A stretch of 64,000 nt of DNA from Candidatus Eiseniibacteriota bacterium (GTDB lineage Bacteria; Eisenbacteria; RBG-16-71-46; CAVPCR01): positions 64,001-128,000 of the forward strand of contig CAVPCR010000004.1 of the NCBI GenBank assembly GCA_963702435.1, given 5' to 3'. Shown piece by piece: positions 30,903-41,198 of this stretch (position 1 is its first letter; each line of letters starts with the position of its first letter). A program made the translations under genes and the position numbers. Under the pieces are notes generated by a model. It did no database searches and was not told where the DNA came from. It saw only the letters and a program-made list of their open reading frames with translations.

Positions 30903-33059
30903 ATGCCGGGCCTCAGCTTTCTGAACGCGCTCTTCCTGGCCGGCCTGGCCGCGGCCGTCCTGCCCATCCTCATCCATCTCTTCAGCCGCCGGCGCGCCCG
31001 CCGCATCCAGTGGAGCTCGACCCGGTTCCTGCGCGAGGTGAACCGGCAGCGGATCCGCCGGGTGAAGCTCCGGCAGCTCCTCCTCCTCCTCCTGCGCGTC
31101 GCCGCGATCGCGCTCTTCGCCCTGGCCATGGGGCGGCCGGCGCTCACCGGGAACCTGCTCCGCCCCGGCGGCAAGGCGCCGAGCACGGCCGCGATCGTGC
31201 TCGACACGAGCGGTTCGATGTGGGCGGCGCGCGACGGAGAGCCGGCGTTCGTCAAGGCGCGCGAGCGAGCGGTCGAGGTGCTCGGGCTCCTCGGCGAGGG
31301 GGATGAGGCCTACGTCGTGACGGTGAACGACGGCGCGGAGAGCGTCACGCCGTATGCCGTGCAGGATCTGGACCTGCTGCGCGATCAGGTGGGGCGGCTC
31401 GAGCCGAGCTATCGCGCCGGCACCATGCAGGAGGGACTCGCGCTCGCGGCGCGGCTCCTCAACGGGAGTCACAATCTCAATCGCGAGCTGTACGTGATCT
31501 CCGACGTGCAGCGCTCGGCGTGGCTCGCCGCGGCCGACTCGAGCCGCGCGCCGCTCGCGCTGCCGGAGGGAACGACGGTGTGTCTCCTCGGACTCGGGGA
31601 CGATCGCATCGAGAACATCTCGATCGATCACGTGCGAGTCGCGCACGATCGGCTGGCCGGGCGCGGGGTGTCGATCGAGGTCGAGCTCACCAATCACACC
31701 GACCGCGAGCAGGAGGCGATCCCGGTCACGGCTTACGTGGGCGAGGCGCGGATGGGCGAGGTGTTCGCGAAGCTCGGGCCCGATGCGACCACGCGCGTGA
31801 CCGTGGATCTCGGGGCCGGCCCCTTCGCCGAGCGCGTCGGCTCGGTGCGCATCCCGGAGGATGCGCTGGCCTCCGATGACGTGCGTCACTTCCTGCTCGG
31901 GGACGAGAAGCGGCCGCGGGTGGGGGTCGTGGCGGACCCCGGCGGGCTCGCGGGGACGTTCGTGCGCCTCGCCCTCGAGCCGGAGCCGGGCGCGGGGCCC
32001 TATGTCGCCGAGGAGATCGCGGCGGCGGACGTCGGCCGCACCGATCTCCGTGAGCTGAACGTGGTCATCCTCGCGGGACCGGGCCAGCTCAAGCCGGACG
32101 GCATCGAGCGGCTGCGCGCGTTCGTGCGCGATGGGGGCGGACTCCTCATCTTCCCGGGCGAGGAGAGCGATCTCCGCTTCTACAACGACCGCCTCCTGGC
32201 GGGGCTCTTGCCCATCAAGCTCGCCGGGCTGGTCGAGGCGCGGGGCGGCGGCGGGGGCCGAGCCGGAGCGGGCGGAGCGGCCGGGTCGGCGGGAGCGGCG
32301 GCCCCGGCGCGAGGTCTCTTCCAGCTCACGCCGGCCGTCCCCGGGCACCCCGTGTTCACCGGGTTCGGCGCGACGCTAGGCGAGCGGCTGACCCAGGCGC
32401 GCTTCGATCAGGTGGTGAAGGTCCTCCCCGGCTCGGCACGCGTGATCGCCGAGTTCCGGCCCGATCTCCCGGCTCTCGTCGAGGGCGAGGGGGTCATGTT
32501 CTTCGCCTCCTCGGTGGATCGCGCCTGGAACGACCTGCCGACGAGCGGCGCTTTCGTCCCGCTCATCCATCAAACCGTCTCCCACCTCGCGCGCGCGCAG
32601 GCCGAGGCGAACGAGGATCTGGCCGGCGCCCCGCTCGAGAGGCTCCTGCCGGCTCCGGCCTCGCCCCGGCGCTACCGCGTCGTCGCTCCTGACGCAAGCG
32701 AGTTCCCGATCGAGACCGTGGATCGCGGCGCGTTCCAGCTCCTGCGCACGCCGCCCCTCGAGCGCCCGGGGATCTATCGGATCCTCGACGACACCGACGC
32801 GGAGGTGGCGCTCGCCGCCGTCAATCCCGACGCGCGGGAAAGTGATCTGGCGGTGGCGGACATCGATCGCGTGCGGGCGATCTTCGGGGACCACGCGTTC
32901 TCCTACCTGAGCGGAACGCGCGATGTGAGCTCCCACGTGCGCGAGATCCGGCAGGGGCGGGAGCTGTGGCGGCCGATCCTCCTCCTCGCGCTCCTCGTGC
33001 TGGTGACCGAGGTGCTGCTCTCGCGCGGGAAGGGCGCCTTCACGCCGGCGGCGAGCTAG
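30903..33059 (+). CDS. BatA-domain / VWA membrane protein
   Basis: N-terminal LPILIHL...STRFL BatA signature, LDTSGSM MIDAS, C-terminal TM helix. Confidence 0.85.
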   Translation: MPGLSFLNALFLAGLAAAVLPILIHLFSRRRARRIQWSSTRFLREVNRQRIRRVKLRQLLLLLLRVAAIALFALAMGRPALTGNLLRPGGKAPSTAAIVLDTSGSMWAARDGEPAFVKARERAVEVLGLLGEGDEAYVVTVNDGAESVTPYAVQDLDLLRDQVGRLEPSYRAGTMQEGLALAARLLNGSHNLNRELYVISDVQRSAWLAAADSSRAPLALPEGTTVCLLGLGDDRIENISIDHVRVAHDRLAGRGVSIEVELTNHTDREQEAIPVTAYVGEARMGEVFAKLGPDATTRVTVDLGAGPFAERVGSVRIPEDALASDDVRHFLLGDEKRPRVGVVADPGGLAGTFVRLALEPEPGAGPYVAEEIAAADVGRTDLRELNVVILAGPGQLKPDGIERLRAFVRDGGGLLIFPGEESDLRFYNDRLLAGLLPIKLAGLVEARGGGGGRAGAGGAAGSAGAAAPARGLFQLTPAVPGHPVFTGFGATLGERLTQARFDQVVKVLPGSARVIAEFRPDLPALVEGEGVMFFASSVDRAWNDLPTSGAFVPLIHQTVSHLARAQAEANEDLAGAPLERLLPAPASPRRYRVVAPDASEFPIETVDRGAFQLLRTPPLERPGIYRILDDTDAEVALAAVNPDARESDLAVADIDRVRAIFGDHAFSYLSGTRDVSSHVREIRQGRELWRPILLLALLVLVTEVLLSRGKGAFTPAAS

Positions 33060-33079
33060 CGCGGAGCGCGCCGCTCCGG

Positions 33080-33547
33080 CTAGAGCGCGGTGGCTACCGC
33101 CATCTCGGCGATGAGCGCCGCGGCAAGCGCCAGGCGCCCGCGGCGTGACGCGAAAAGGCGGCCGCAGCGCTCGAGGAACGCGTCGGTGGCGCGCGGTGCG
33201 AGGAAGGCGAGACCGCCGAGGAGCACGGCGGCGAGTGCGGCCGCGGTCACGAGCGGGTTCAGGGCGAAGGCCCCGGGGAGATCGAGGACCGCGAGGCGGA
33301 GGAAGGCACGCGTGCCGCCGCATCCCGGGCAGGCCACTTGCGTCAGGGCTCGCCACGGGCAGGCGGTGATCCCGAGGGCCGGCCCGGCGGCTGCGGCGAG
33401 CGCAGCGAGTGCGGGCACGCGGAGGCAGGCGGCGAGCACGACCACGCTCGCGCCCCCGAGGAGCGCGAGCTCGCAGCGTGGCAGCGCCGAGATCGCGCGG
33501 AGGCGCGGGCCGGGCCGGACGCGGAGAACGGCCGCCGCTCGACTCAT
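33080..33547 (-). CDS. DUF2752-like membrane protein
   Basis: CPWRALTQVACPGCGGTRA...NPL motif; ATG overlaps the upstream stop codon. Confidence 0.75.
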   Translation of the reverse strand: MSRAAAVLRVRPGPRLRAISALPRCELALLGGASVVVLAACLRVPALAALAAAAGPALGITACPWRALTQVACPGCGGTRAFLRLAVLDLPGAFALNPLVTAAALAAVLLGGLAFLAPRATDAFLERCGRLFASRRGRLALAAALIAEMAVATAL

Positions 33548-34440
33548 CCCATCGCGTCCAGGAGCCCGGCCATCCCCGCGACGAAGATGAGGAGCGCGAG
33601 GAGACCGCAGCACGCGAGGAGGGGGAGGAGGAGAGCCCCGAAGGCACGGGGGAACGTCGTCCGGTGCACCACCTTGAGGCCGATCCCCGCGATCACGACC
33701 CACCAGACACCGCTCAGGATGCCGCAGAGGGGAATGAGCTGGAAGAGCTCGGGCGCCGAGGAGTAGCAGAGGACGCGGAAGGAGGCGAGGAAGCCCTCCT
33801 TGGCCCCGCCGAAGAGCAGAAGGACGACGTGGATGATCGCGGTCGTGATGAGGAGCGCGAGCGGGATCAGGATGGGGGAGAGGGCGGCCGCGATGATGCT
33901 CGTGCCCACGGTGAACAGGGCTTCACCCGCGTCCCCTCCCGAGAAGAGACCGAGGGAGGACACGACGAACTGCCAGAAGATGCTGGCGATGGCGCCCGGC
34001 ACGCCGACCAGGATGGCGTAGAGGATCGGGCTCCCGATCGGACCGCCGGGCGGCGGCGGAACGGCGCCCTGGGGGTGAAGGCGCGAAAAGAAGTGGGTCG
34101 GTTCGAAGAGCGAGAGCCGGACCGTTGCGAAGAGGGCGGCGAGGAAGCCGATGCGGTCGCGGTCCTCCCAGGGCACGCCGGCGTGGGCGGAGGGAGGGGC
34201 GGACTCGGGCGGCCAGGACGGATGCCAAGCCGAGCCGGCGGGCGGAACGGTCGGGAGGGGCGGCACCGCGGGCGGCTCCGGCGGAGAGGGAGGAGGCGGC
34301 GGCTCCGATGCGGAAGGGGGCTCCCCGGGCCAATGCCCCGGGGGCCGGGCGCTCGGGTCGTTCCCTTCGGATGCTCCCCGCGCTTCGCCAGCGAAGTCGC
34401 GGTCGTCCCGGTCATCACGGTCATCCGGTCCCGAGTTCAT
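33544..34440 (-). CDS. Yip1-family membrane protein with Pro-rich N-terminus
   Basis: PWEDR...PTHFF motif followed by several TM helices. Confidence 0.7.
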   Translation of the reverse strand: MNSGPDDRDDRDDRDFAGEARGASEGNDPSARPPGHWPGEPPSASEPPPPPSPPEPPAVPPLPTVPPAGSAWHPSWPPESAPPSAHAGVPWEDRDRIGFLAALFATVRLSLFEPTHFFSRLHPQGAVPPPPGGPIGSPILYAILVGVPGAIASIFWQFVVSSLGLFSGGDAGEALFTVGTSIIAAALSPILIPLALLITTAIIHVVLLLFGGAKEGFLASFRVLCYSSAPELFQLIPLCGILSGVWWVVIAGIGLKVVHRTTFPRAFGALLLPLLACCGLLALLIFVAGMAGLLDAMG

Positions 34441-34597
34441 GCCTGCCCACCTCCATGAGCGAGACGTGAGGCTCGTCAGCACGCCGCGGCTGCGCGCGAG
34501 CGGCGCCCGTTTGCGGAAGTCTCCGGCACCCGGTTAGACTCAGGCGTTCCGCCGGCGGATGGTGCCACGCGCAGTTCTCCCACCCAACGGAAATCTC

Positions 34598-37500
34598 ATG
34601 ACCGAACCAGCGCGCCCGGATGTGATGGCGAGCCTCCTCGCGGAGAGCGGGCGGAGCGAGATCCTCGCCGAGCTCCTCGCCCTGCTCCGCCGGCCGGGTG
34701 GGCTGCGGCCGTCGGTCCGCGGGCTCTCCGGCTCGGCGCGCGCGCTCGTCCTCGCGCACGTCTACCGCGATCTCGGGCGCACGCTCGTCGTCGTCGTCCC
34801 CGAGCAGGAGGCGGCCGAAGCTCTGCGCGACGATCTCGAGGCCTTCCTCGGCCCCGACGCGGTCCTCCATCTTCCCGAGTTCGAGACCTCCCCCTACGAC
34901 ATCCGCTCCCCGCATCACGCGATCCTCGACGCCCGGCTCCACGCGCTGGCCGGGCTGGTCGCCGGCCGGCGGGCCGCGGTCGTCACCACCGCCGCCGCGC
35001 TCGCGACCCTGGTCCCGGCGCCCGCGGTCATGCGGCGGGGCGTGCTCACGCTCGGGACCGGCGATCCCTTCGATGCCGACGAGCTCACGCACTGGCTCGG
35101 CGATCTCGGCTACAAGCGGGTGCCGCTCGTCGAGGAGCAGGGGGACGTCGCTCGGCGCGGCGGGATCGTCGACGTGTTCTCCTTCGGGCGGGAGAGCCCG
35201 GTGCGCATCGAGTTCGACGGGGACGAGATCGCCTCGCTGCGCGAGTTCGACCCCGCGTCGCAGCGCTCGATCGAGCGGATCGCGGCGCTCGTCCTCCTTC
35301 CGCGCCGCGAGATGATCATCGACGCCGAGACGGCGGAGCGCGCGGCCGCCGCCATCCGCGCCGCGGCCGGGGACGCGCACGATGCGGAGCTCCACGCGGC
35401 CGAGCTCCTCTCCGAGCGCTACTACGTCAACATGCGCCGCATCTCCGGCTTCGTCGATCAGGGCTGGGGCTCGGTCCTGCGCTACGTCCCGGGCGATGCG
35501 CTCGTCGTGCGCGAGAGCCCGGCGCGGCTCGCGGTGCGCGCGGGGGAGCAGGCGCACTCCGTCGATCGCGAGCACGAGGAGCGGCGGCGGCATCGCGAGC
35601 TCGTCTCCCCGCCGTCGTCCTTCCTCCTCGACTGGGATGCGCTCGAGGCCGACCTCCTTCGCCACGGCGGCTTCGACCTCGAGCTCGAGCGCCGGACGGC
35701 CCCGCTCGGCGAGGTGCTGCGCGGGCTCGAACTGCCGGCGGGAGCGCCGCTGCCGGCGGCGGTCGAGGCGATCGTGCGCGGGGACGATGTGCCGGTGGAC
35801 GATAGGCCGGTGGACGATGGCGCCGCGGACGACGCGCCGGGGGCGGGAGAGGAGGACGCACAAACGAGGGGAGCAGCCGGCCGCCGCCCGGTCCTCCGCT
35901 TCCAGGTGCGCGGCCAGGAGAGCTTCGGCCGCTCGGCCGACGTCCTCCACGCATTCATGCGCGCCCAGATGGCGGCCCGCAACCGCACGGTCGTCCTCTC
36001 CGACAATCCGGGCCAGCGCGACCATCTGCGCGAGCTCCTTGCCGAGTACGCGGTCGAGGTCGAGGTCGGCCATCTCTCCGGCGGCTTCCTGTGGCGGGAG
36101 GTGCGCCTCTGCGTCCTCACCGATCACGAGATCTTCGCCCGCTTCCGCCGCCGCCGCCCGCGCCGTCGCTTCAAGGCCGGGATCTCGATCCCCGACCTCA
36201 TGGCCATCAGGCCGGGCGACTACGTCGTGCACATCGATCACGGGATCGGCGTCTACCAGGGGACGAGCCGGCTCACGATCGGCGGCCACGAGACCGACTG
36301 CCTCGAGATCCACTACCAGCGGGGGGACAAGCTCTTCATCCCCGCCGACCAGTTCGACCTGGTCCAGAAGTACGCGCTCGAGGAAGGGCAGAACGCGCCG
36401 GCCGTGTCGCGGCTCGGCGGCACCGCCTGGGCGAAGACCAAGGAGAAGGCCAAGAAGGCGATCCAGGAGATGGCGGGGGAACTCCTTCGCGTCGGCGCGC
36501 TCCGCTCGACGCGGGCCGGGATCGCCTTCTCGGCGGACACGGTCTGGCAGCGCGATCTCGAGGCCTCGTTCACCTACGACGACACGCCCGACCAGGTGCG
36601 GGTCACCGAGGAGATCAAGCGCGACATGGAGGCGCCGCGGCCGATGGATCGGCTGGTCTGCGGCGACGTCGGCTACGGGAAGACCGAGGTGGCGGTGCGT
36701 GCAGCCTTCAAGGCCGTGCAGGACGAGAAGCAGGTCGCGGTCCTGGTGCCCACCACCATCCTGGCCCAGCAGCACTATGCGACCTTCAGCGAGCGGCTGG
36801 CCGATTTCCCGGTCAAGGTCGAGGTGCTCTCCCGCTTCCGCACCGCGGCCGAGCAGGATCGGGTGGTCGACGCGGTCAAGCGCGGCGACGTGGATGTGGT
36901 CATCGGCACCCACAGATTATTGCAGAAGGACGTCGAATTCCGCGACCTGGGACTGATCGTCGTGGACGAGGAGCAGCGCTTCGGCGTCAAGCACAAGGAG
37001 CGGCTCAAGCAGCTCAAGACGGTGGCCGACGTCCTGACCCTGACCGCGACGCCGATCCCGCGCACGCTGCATCTCTCGCTGCTGGGCGCCCGCGACATCT
37101 CGATCATCAACACGCCGCCGCGCGACCGGGTGCCCATCCACACCGAGATCGTCGAGTTCGAGCGCGATCTGATCGTGGATGCGCTGCTCCGCGAGGCCGA
37201 CCGCGGCGGCCAGTCCTTCTTCGTGCACAACCGGGTGCAGTCGATGGACGCGATGGTCGGGTTCCTGCGCAAGGTTTGCCCGCAGCTCCGGTTCGCGGTG
37301 GCGCACGGGCAGATGCCGGAGCGGGCGCTCGAGCAGGTGATCGTCGATTTCATCGACCGGCAGTACGACGTGCTGGTGACCACCATGATCATCGAGTCGG
37401 GCGTCGACATGCCGACCGTGAACACGATGATCGTGAACCGCGCCGACCGTTTCGGGCTCGCCCAGCTCTACCAGCTCCGCGGGCGGGTGGGACGCTCGAA

Positions 37501-38335
37501 CCAGAGGGCCTACTGCTATCTCCTCGTGCCGCCGCATCGCGCGCTCACCGAGACCGCCGAGCGTCGGCTGCGCGTGATCGAGGAGTACGACGAGCTCGGG
37601 GCCGGGTTCAAGATCGCGATGAAGGACCTCGAGATCCGCGGGGCGGGCAATCTCCTCGGCGCGCAGCAGCACGGGCATATCCTGTCGGTGGGCTTCGATC
37701 TCTACTGCCGGCTGCTCGAAGAGACGATCGCAGAGTTGAAGGGCGAGCCGGCCGACAAGAAGCTCGAGTGCCGCGTGGCGACCGAGCTCGACGCTTATCT
37801 GCCCGACGAGTACGTGGGCTCGCCGACCGAGAAGATCACCTTCTACAAGCGCCTGGCGGATACCGGCGACGAGGCGCAAGTTCTCGCGCTGGGCGAGGAG
37901 CTCGCCGATCGCTTCGGGCGACTGCCGGAGTCGGCCGCGAACCTCCTCGCGCTCCGTCGCCTGAAGCTCGCCGGAGCCGCCGGCGGGATGAGCCAGATCG
38001 ATGTCGGCCGGCGGCGGGTGCGCTGCGACTTCGCGGTCGCCCCGAGCAAGGCGGCCATCCAGGGGCTCCTCGCTCGCACCCGGCTCCGGCTCGAGTTCGG
38101 GGCCGGAGTGCCCTTCACGATCCTTGCGCGCGAGACGGGGAGCGATCCGCTCGCCGTGGCGGGCGAGATCGTGGCCGGGCTCGCTGCGGCTGCGACAGGA
38201 GCCGGAGCGTCGGGGGCGCCGGCCGCGACCAGGGCGGTGGCAGCGGCGATGAAGCCGGCGCTGGGAGCAACGACACCGGCAGCAGCAGCGACGAAGCCGT
38301 CGCCGCCCGGCCGGGGGAGCGGTCAGGCGCGTTGA
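34598..38335 (+). CDS. mfd: Transcription-repair coupling factor
   Basis: RRGGIVDVF, YVVHIDHGIG, GDVGYGKTEVA, DEEQRFG, TATPIPRT, QLRGRVGRS, DLEIRGAGNLLG. Confidence 0.96.
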   Translation: MTEPARPDVMASLLAESGRSEILAELLALLRRPGGLRPSVRGLSGSARALVLAHVYRDLGRTLVVVVPEQEAAEALRDDLEAFLGPDAVLHLPEFETSPYDIRSPHHAILDARLHALAGLVAGRRAAVVTTAAALATLVPAPAVMRRGVLTLGTGDPFDADELTHWLGDLGYKRVPLVEEQGDVARRGGIVDVFSFGRESPVRIEFDGDEIASLREFDPASQRSIERIAALVLLPRREMIIDAETAERAAAAIRAAAGDAHDAELHAAELLSERYYVNMRRISGFVDQGWGSVLRYVPGDALVVRESPARLAVRAGEQAHSVDREHEERRRHRELVSPPSSFLLDWDALEADLLRHGGFDLELERRTAPLGEVLRGLELPAGAPLPAAVEAIVRGDDVPVDDRPVDDGAADDAPGAGEEDAQTRGAAGRRPVLRFQVRGQESFGRSADVLHAFMRAQMAARNRTVVLSDNPGQRDHLRELLAEYAVEVEVGHLSGGFLWREVRLCVLTDHEIFARFRRRRPRRRFKAGISIPDLMAIRPGDYVVHIDHGIGVYQGTSRLTIGGHETDCLEIHYQRGDKLFIPADQFDLVQKYALEEGQNAPAVSRLGGTAWAKTKEKAKKAIQEMAGELLRVGALRSTRAGIAFSADTVWQRDLEASFTYDDTPDQVRVTEEIKRDMEAPRPMDRLVCGDVGYGKTEVAVRAAFKAVQDEKQVAVLVPTTILAQQHYATFSERLADFPVKVEVLSRFRTAAEQDRVVDAVKRGDVDVVIGTHRLLQKDVEFRDLGLIVVDEEQRFGVKHKERLKQLKTVADVLTLTATPIPRTLHLSLLGARDISIINTPPRDRVPIHTEIVEFERDLIVDALLREADRGGQSFFVHNRVQSMDAMVGFLRKVCPQLRFAVAHGQMPERALEQVIVDFIDRQYDVLVTTMIIESGVDMPTVNTMIVNRADRFGLAQLYQLRGRVGRSNQRAYCYLLVPPHRALTETAERRLRVIEEYDELGAGFKIAMKDLEIRGAGNLLGAQQHGHILSVGFDLYCRLLEETIAELKGEPADKKLECRVATELDAYLPDEYVGSPTEKITFYKRLADTGDEAQVLALGEELADRFGRLPESAANLLALRRLKLAGAAGGMSQIDVGRRRVRCDFAVAPSKAAIQGLLARTRLRLEFGAGVPFTILARETGSDPLAVAGEIVAGLAAAATGAGASGAPAATRAVAAAMKPALGATTPAAAATKPSPPGRGSGQAR

Positions 38336-38436
38336 CGGAGGATGGCCGGGATGGCAGAGTGGGGCGCCCGGCCTCTTGCATTCGCACCCGACCGCCGGCT
38401 GCCGGGTGCCATCCACCGGACAAAGGACGGTTCTCG

Positions 38437-39984
38437 TTGGCGCTCTATTCCCGCCGCGGGCGCATCGCCCCGCGGTGCGCGTCCGTCGCGCTCCTCGTCC
38501 TCCTCGCCGCCGCGTTCGGAGCAGCGGCGGCGTGGCCGGATCCCGTGCTCCTGGACGGGGTCGCCGCCCAGGTCGGCGACGAGGTGGTCCTCACGAGCGA
38601 GGTGGAGGAACAGGTCGCCATCCTTCGCCTGCGCGCGAACCTGCCGGACACGAGCCTCGCCCGCGCCCGCGAGGAGATCTTGCAGAGCCTGATCGACGAG
38701 AAGATCGTGCTCCTCGAGGCCCGCGCCCGCGGCCTCACCGTCAGCGACGAGGAAGTCGAGCAGGCGGTGAAGCAGCACCTGGACACGATCAAGCAGCAGG
38801 TCGGCGGCGACGCGGCGTTCCAGAGCGAGCTGGCCAGGGAAGGCCTCACCGAGAGCGAGCTCATCGTCCGCTATCGGGACGACGCGCGCCGGGAGATGCT
38901 CACCACGCGGCTCATGCAGCGGGAGGTCTACTCGAAGATCGAGATCCCCGATGCGGAGCTCCTGAGCTACTACGAGGAGCACAAGGCCGAGCTGCCGAAG
39001 AAGCCGGGGCAGGTGGAGCTGGCGCACGTGTTCATCGGGCTCATGGCCAAGGAGAGCGAGGTCAAGAGGGCGCAGGCGAAGCTCGATCGGATCCAGGCTC
39101 GCCTCGTCGCCGGCGAGCCGTTCGGCACGGTCGCACGCGAGGAGTCCGATGACCAGGCGAGCGCCGCGACCGACGGCGCGCTCGGCTGGTTCGCGCCCGG
39201 CGAGCTGGATCCGCGTCTCGCCGCGGCGGTCGCCAAGCTCGCGCCCGGCGAGACCTCGGATCCCTTCCAGGTGCCGGGCGCCGTCGAGATCCTCCGGCTC
39301 GCCGAGCGCGATGGGGAGCGGGTGCGGCTCGAGCACATCCGGGTCGCGATCGACATGTCGGAAGACGATCGGCGGCGGTCCCGCACCGAGGCCGAGAAGG
39401 TGCTCGACCTGGCCAGGAAGGGGACCGATTTCGCGGCCCTCGCCCGCGAGTACTCGGACGATCGCGAGTCGGCGGAGAAGGGCGGGAGCCTCGGCCGCTT
39501 CGAGGAGAGCGAGATCAATCCGATGATCGGTCGCGCCGTGCGCGGCCTCGCTGTCGGCGAGCTGAGCGAGGTCGTGGCCTCGGAGGCGGGCTTCCATGTG
39601 TTCAAGGTGCTGGCCCGGGAGGGCGGCGGCGAGTACACCTACGAGGAGGTCCAGGACCGGCTGCGCATGAAGATGCTCGATGAGCGAGCCGCCGGGCTGA
39701 GCCAGGAGTACGTGGAAGGGATCCGCAAGAACTACTTCGTGCGCCGGGCCGACCACCCGCCGAGCCCGCCCCCGGCGGCGGAAACGACGCCGGGCGTGCG
39801 TACGGAGATCGCGGTGCCGGCCGACCCGGGCGCGGCGCCGGTAGAGACCTCGAGCGCGGCCCCGCTGGATGCAACGCGCGCCGCCCCGCTGGATGCAACG
39901 CGCGCCGCCGCAGCGGACACCTCGCGCGCGGCCCCGCCCGACACCTCGAGCGCCGCGCCCGCCGGCGGCGAGAGGGAACCGTAG
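38437..39984 (+). CDS. SurA-like periplasmic chaperone / parvulin PPIase
   Basis: TTG start after AAAGGA; signal peptide; LDGVAAQVGDEVVL SurA_N; two rotamase domains (FGTVAREESDD; FAALAREYSDD...GGSLG...GFHVFKV). Confidence 0.85.
   Translation: MALYSRRGRIAPRCASVALLVLLAAAFGAAAAWPDPVLLDGVAAQVGDEVVLTSEVEEQVAILRLRANLPDTSLARAREEILQSLIDEKIVLLEARARGLTVSDEEVEQAVKQHLDTIKQQVGGDAAFQSELAREGLTESELIVRYRDDARREMLTTRLMQREVYSKIEIPDAELLSYYEEHKAELPKKPGQVELAHVFIGLMAKESEVKRAQAKLDRIQARLVAGEPFGTVAREESDDQASAATDGALGWFAPGELDPRLAAAVAKLAPGETSDPFQVPGAVEILRLAERDGERVRLEHIRVAIDMSEDDRRRSRTEAEKVLDLARKGTDFAALAREYSDDRESAEKGGSLGRFEESEINPMIGRAVRGLAVGELSEVVASEAGFHVFKVLAREGGGEYTYEEVQDRLRMKMLDERAAGLSQEYVEGIRKNYFVRRADHPPSPPPAAETTPGVRTEIAVPADPGAAPVETSSAAPLDATRAAPLDATRAAAADTSRAAPPDTSSAAPAGGEREP
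39856..39960 (+). repeat. 24-nt degenerate tandem repeat in the SurA-like tail
   Basis: Encodes AAPLDATR, AAPLDATR, AAAADTSR, AAPPDTSS. Confidence 0.8.
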
Positions 39985-39988
39985 GGCC

Positions 39989-41158
39989 ATGAGCGGCGAG
40001 GTCGCCATCATCGAGGCGGTGCGTACCCCTTTCTGTCGCGCCGGATCCGCCTTCGCCGAAGTCTCGGCCACGACCCTCGGCCGCGTGGCCGTGCGCGAGC
40101 TCCTCGATCGGGCCGGGGTCGATCCCGCATGGATCGACCACGTGGTGATCGGGACCGTGGCGAGCTTCCCCGAAGCGGCGAATGTCGCGCGCACGATCAC
40201 GGTCGAGGCCGGCCTCCCGGCCCGCACCCCCGCCTTCACCGTGAACCGGGACGGCGCTTCAGGTCTCGAGGCGATCGCCGCCGCCATGCGACTCATCGCC
40301 CTCGGCGAGGCCGAGATGGTCATCGCCGGCGGGGTCGAGTCGATGAGCCGGCTCGCGCAGGCCACGCGCGGAGCCGAGGACGCCGTGTCACGTTTCAGCC
40401 GCGGTGAGACGGCGGAGATCCTGGCGAAGGAGTGGAGAATCTCGCGGGAGGCGCAGGACGCGCTCGCCGCCGAGAGCCATCGCCGCGCAACGGCGGCGGC
40501 GGCGCAGGTGGCCGAGGAGATCGTGGCCGTCTACCCGCCGAGCGGCGCCATGCCGGTCGTGGCCGCGGATCGGGATCCGCGCCACGGGGGTGCCGACGAG
40601 CTCCTCGCCGAGCTGGCCCGGCTCGGGCCGCTCTTCGACAGCCGCTTCGGCACGGTGACCACCGGGAACAGCGCGGCCACGGCCGACGGCGCCGCCGTCT
40701 GCCTGGTGGCCGGAGCGACTCGCGCGCGCGACCTCGGACGGGCGCCGCTCGGACGCATCCGGTCGTACGCGGTCGCGGCGGTCGAGACGGAGCACATGGG
40801 GCTCGGTCCGGCGCACGCCGTTCCGCTCGCGCTCGAGCGAGCGCGGGTGCCGCTCCGCGACATCCAGCTCATCGAGCTCCACGAGACGTCGTCGGCGATC
40901 GTGCTCGCCAACGAGGCGGCGCTCCGCTCGCGGGAGTTCGCGGCGAGCTGCCGGCGCCCGGGCGCGGCGGGCGAGGTGGATCCCGCGATTCGCAACGTGA
41001 ACGGCGGTGCGATCGCTCTCGGCGATCCGGCCGGGGCGAGCGGCGCGCGGCTCGTGCTGGCGCTCCTCCACGAGATGCGGCGGCGGGACGTGAACCTGGG
41101 GCTGGCGGCGATCGGAGGCAGCGGGAGCCAGGGCGCGGCCATGGTCCTCGAGCGGTGA
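39989..41158 (+). CDS. Thiolase-fold protein (FadI/FadA-like) lacking catalytic Cys/His/Cys
   Basis: AVRTPF, AGGVESMS, GTVTTGNS, MGLGP, NVNGGAIALG are present, but catalytic positions read NRDGASG, LGDP and AIGGSG. Confidence 0.85.
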   Translation: MSGEVAIIEAVRTPFCRAGSAFAEVSATTLGRVAVRELLDRAGVDPAWIDHVVIGTVASFPEAANVARTITVEAGLPARTPAFTVNRDGASGLEAIAAAMRLIALGEAEMVIAGGVESMSRLAQATRGAEDAVSRFSRGETAEILAKEWRISREAQDALAAESHRRATAAAAQVAEEIVAVYPPSGAMPVVAADRDPRHGGADELLAELARLGPLFDSRFGTVTTGNSAATADGAAVCLVAGATRARDLGRAPLGRIRSYAVAAVETEHMGLGPAHAVPLALERARVPLRDIQLIELHETSSAIVLANEAALRSREFAASCRRPGAAGEVDPAIRNVNGGAIALGDPAGASGARLVLALLHEMRRRDVNLGLAAIGGSGSQGAAMVLER

Positions 41159-41198
41159 GCGGGGGCCGGACGACCGGCGGCGGGACGAGCGGGAGCAG

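Noticed and set aside
36091..39984. 1297-aa ORF as one protein
   Set aside because: The first ~780 codons are an off-frame shadow of mfd. The real SurA-like gene starts near 38437.
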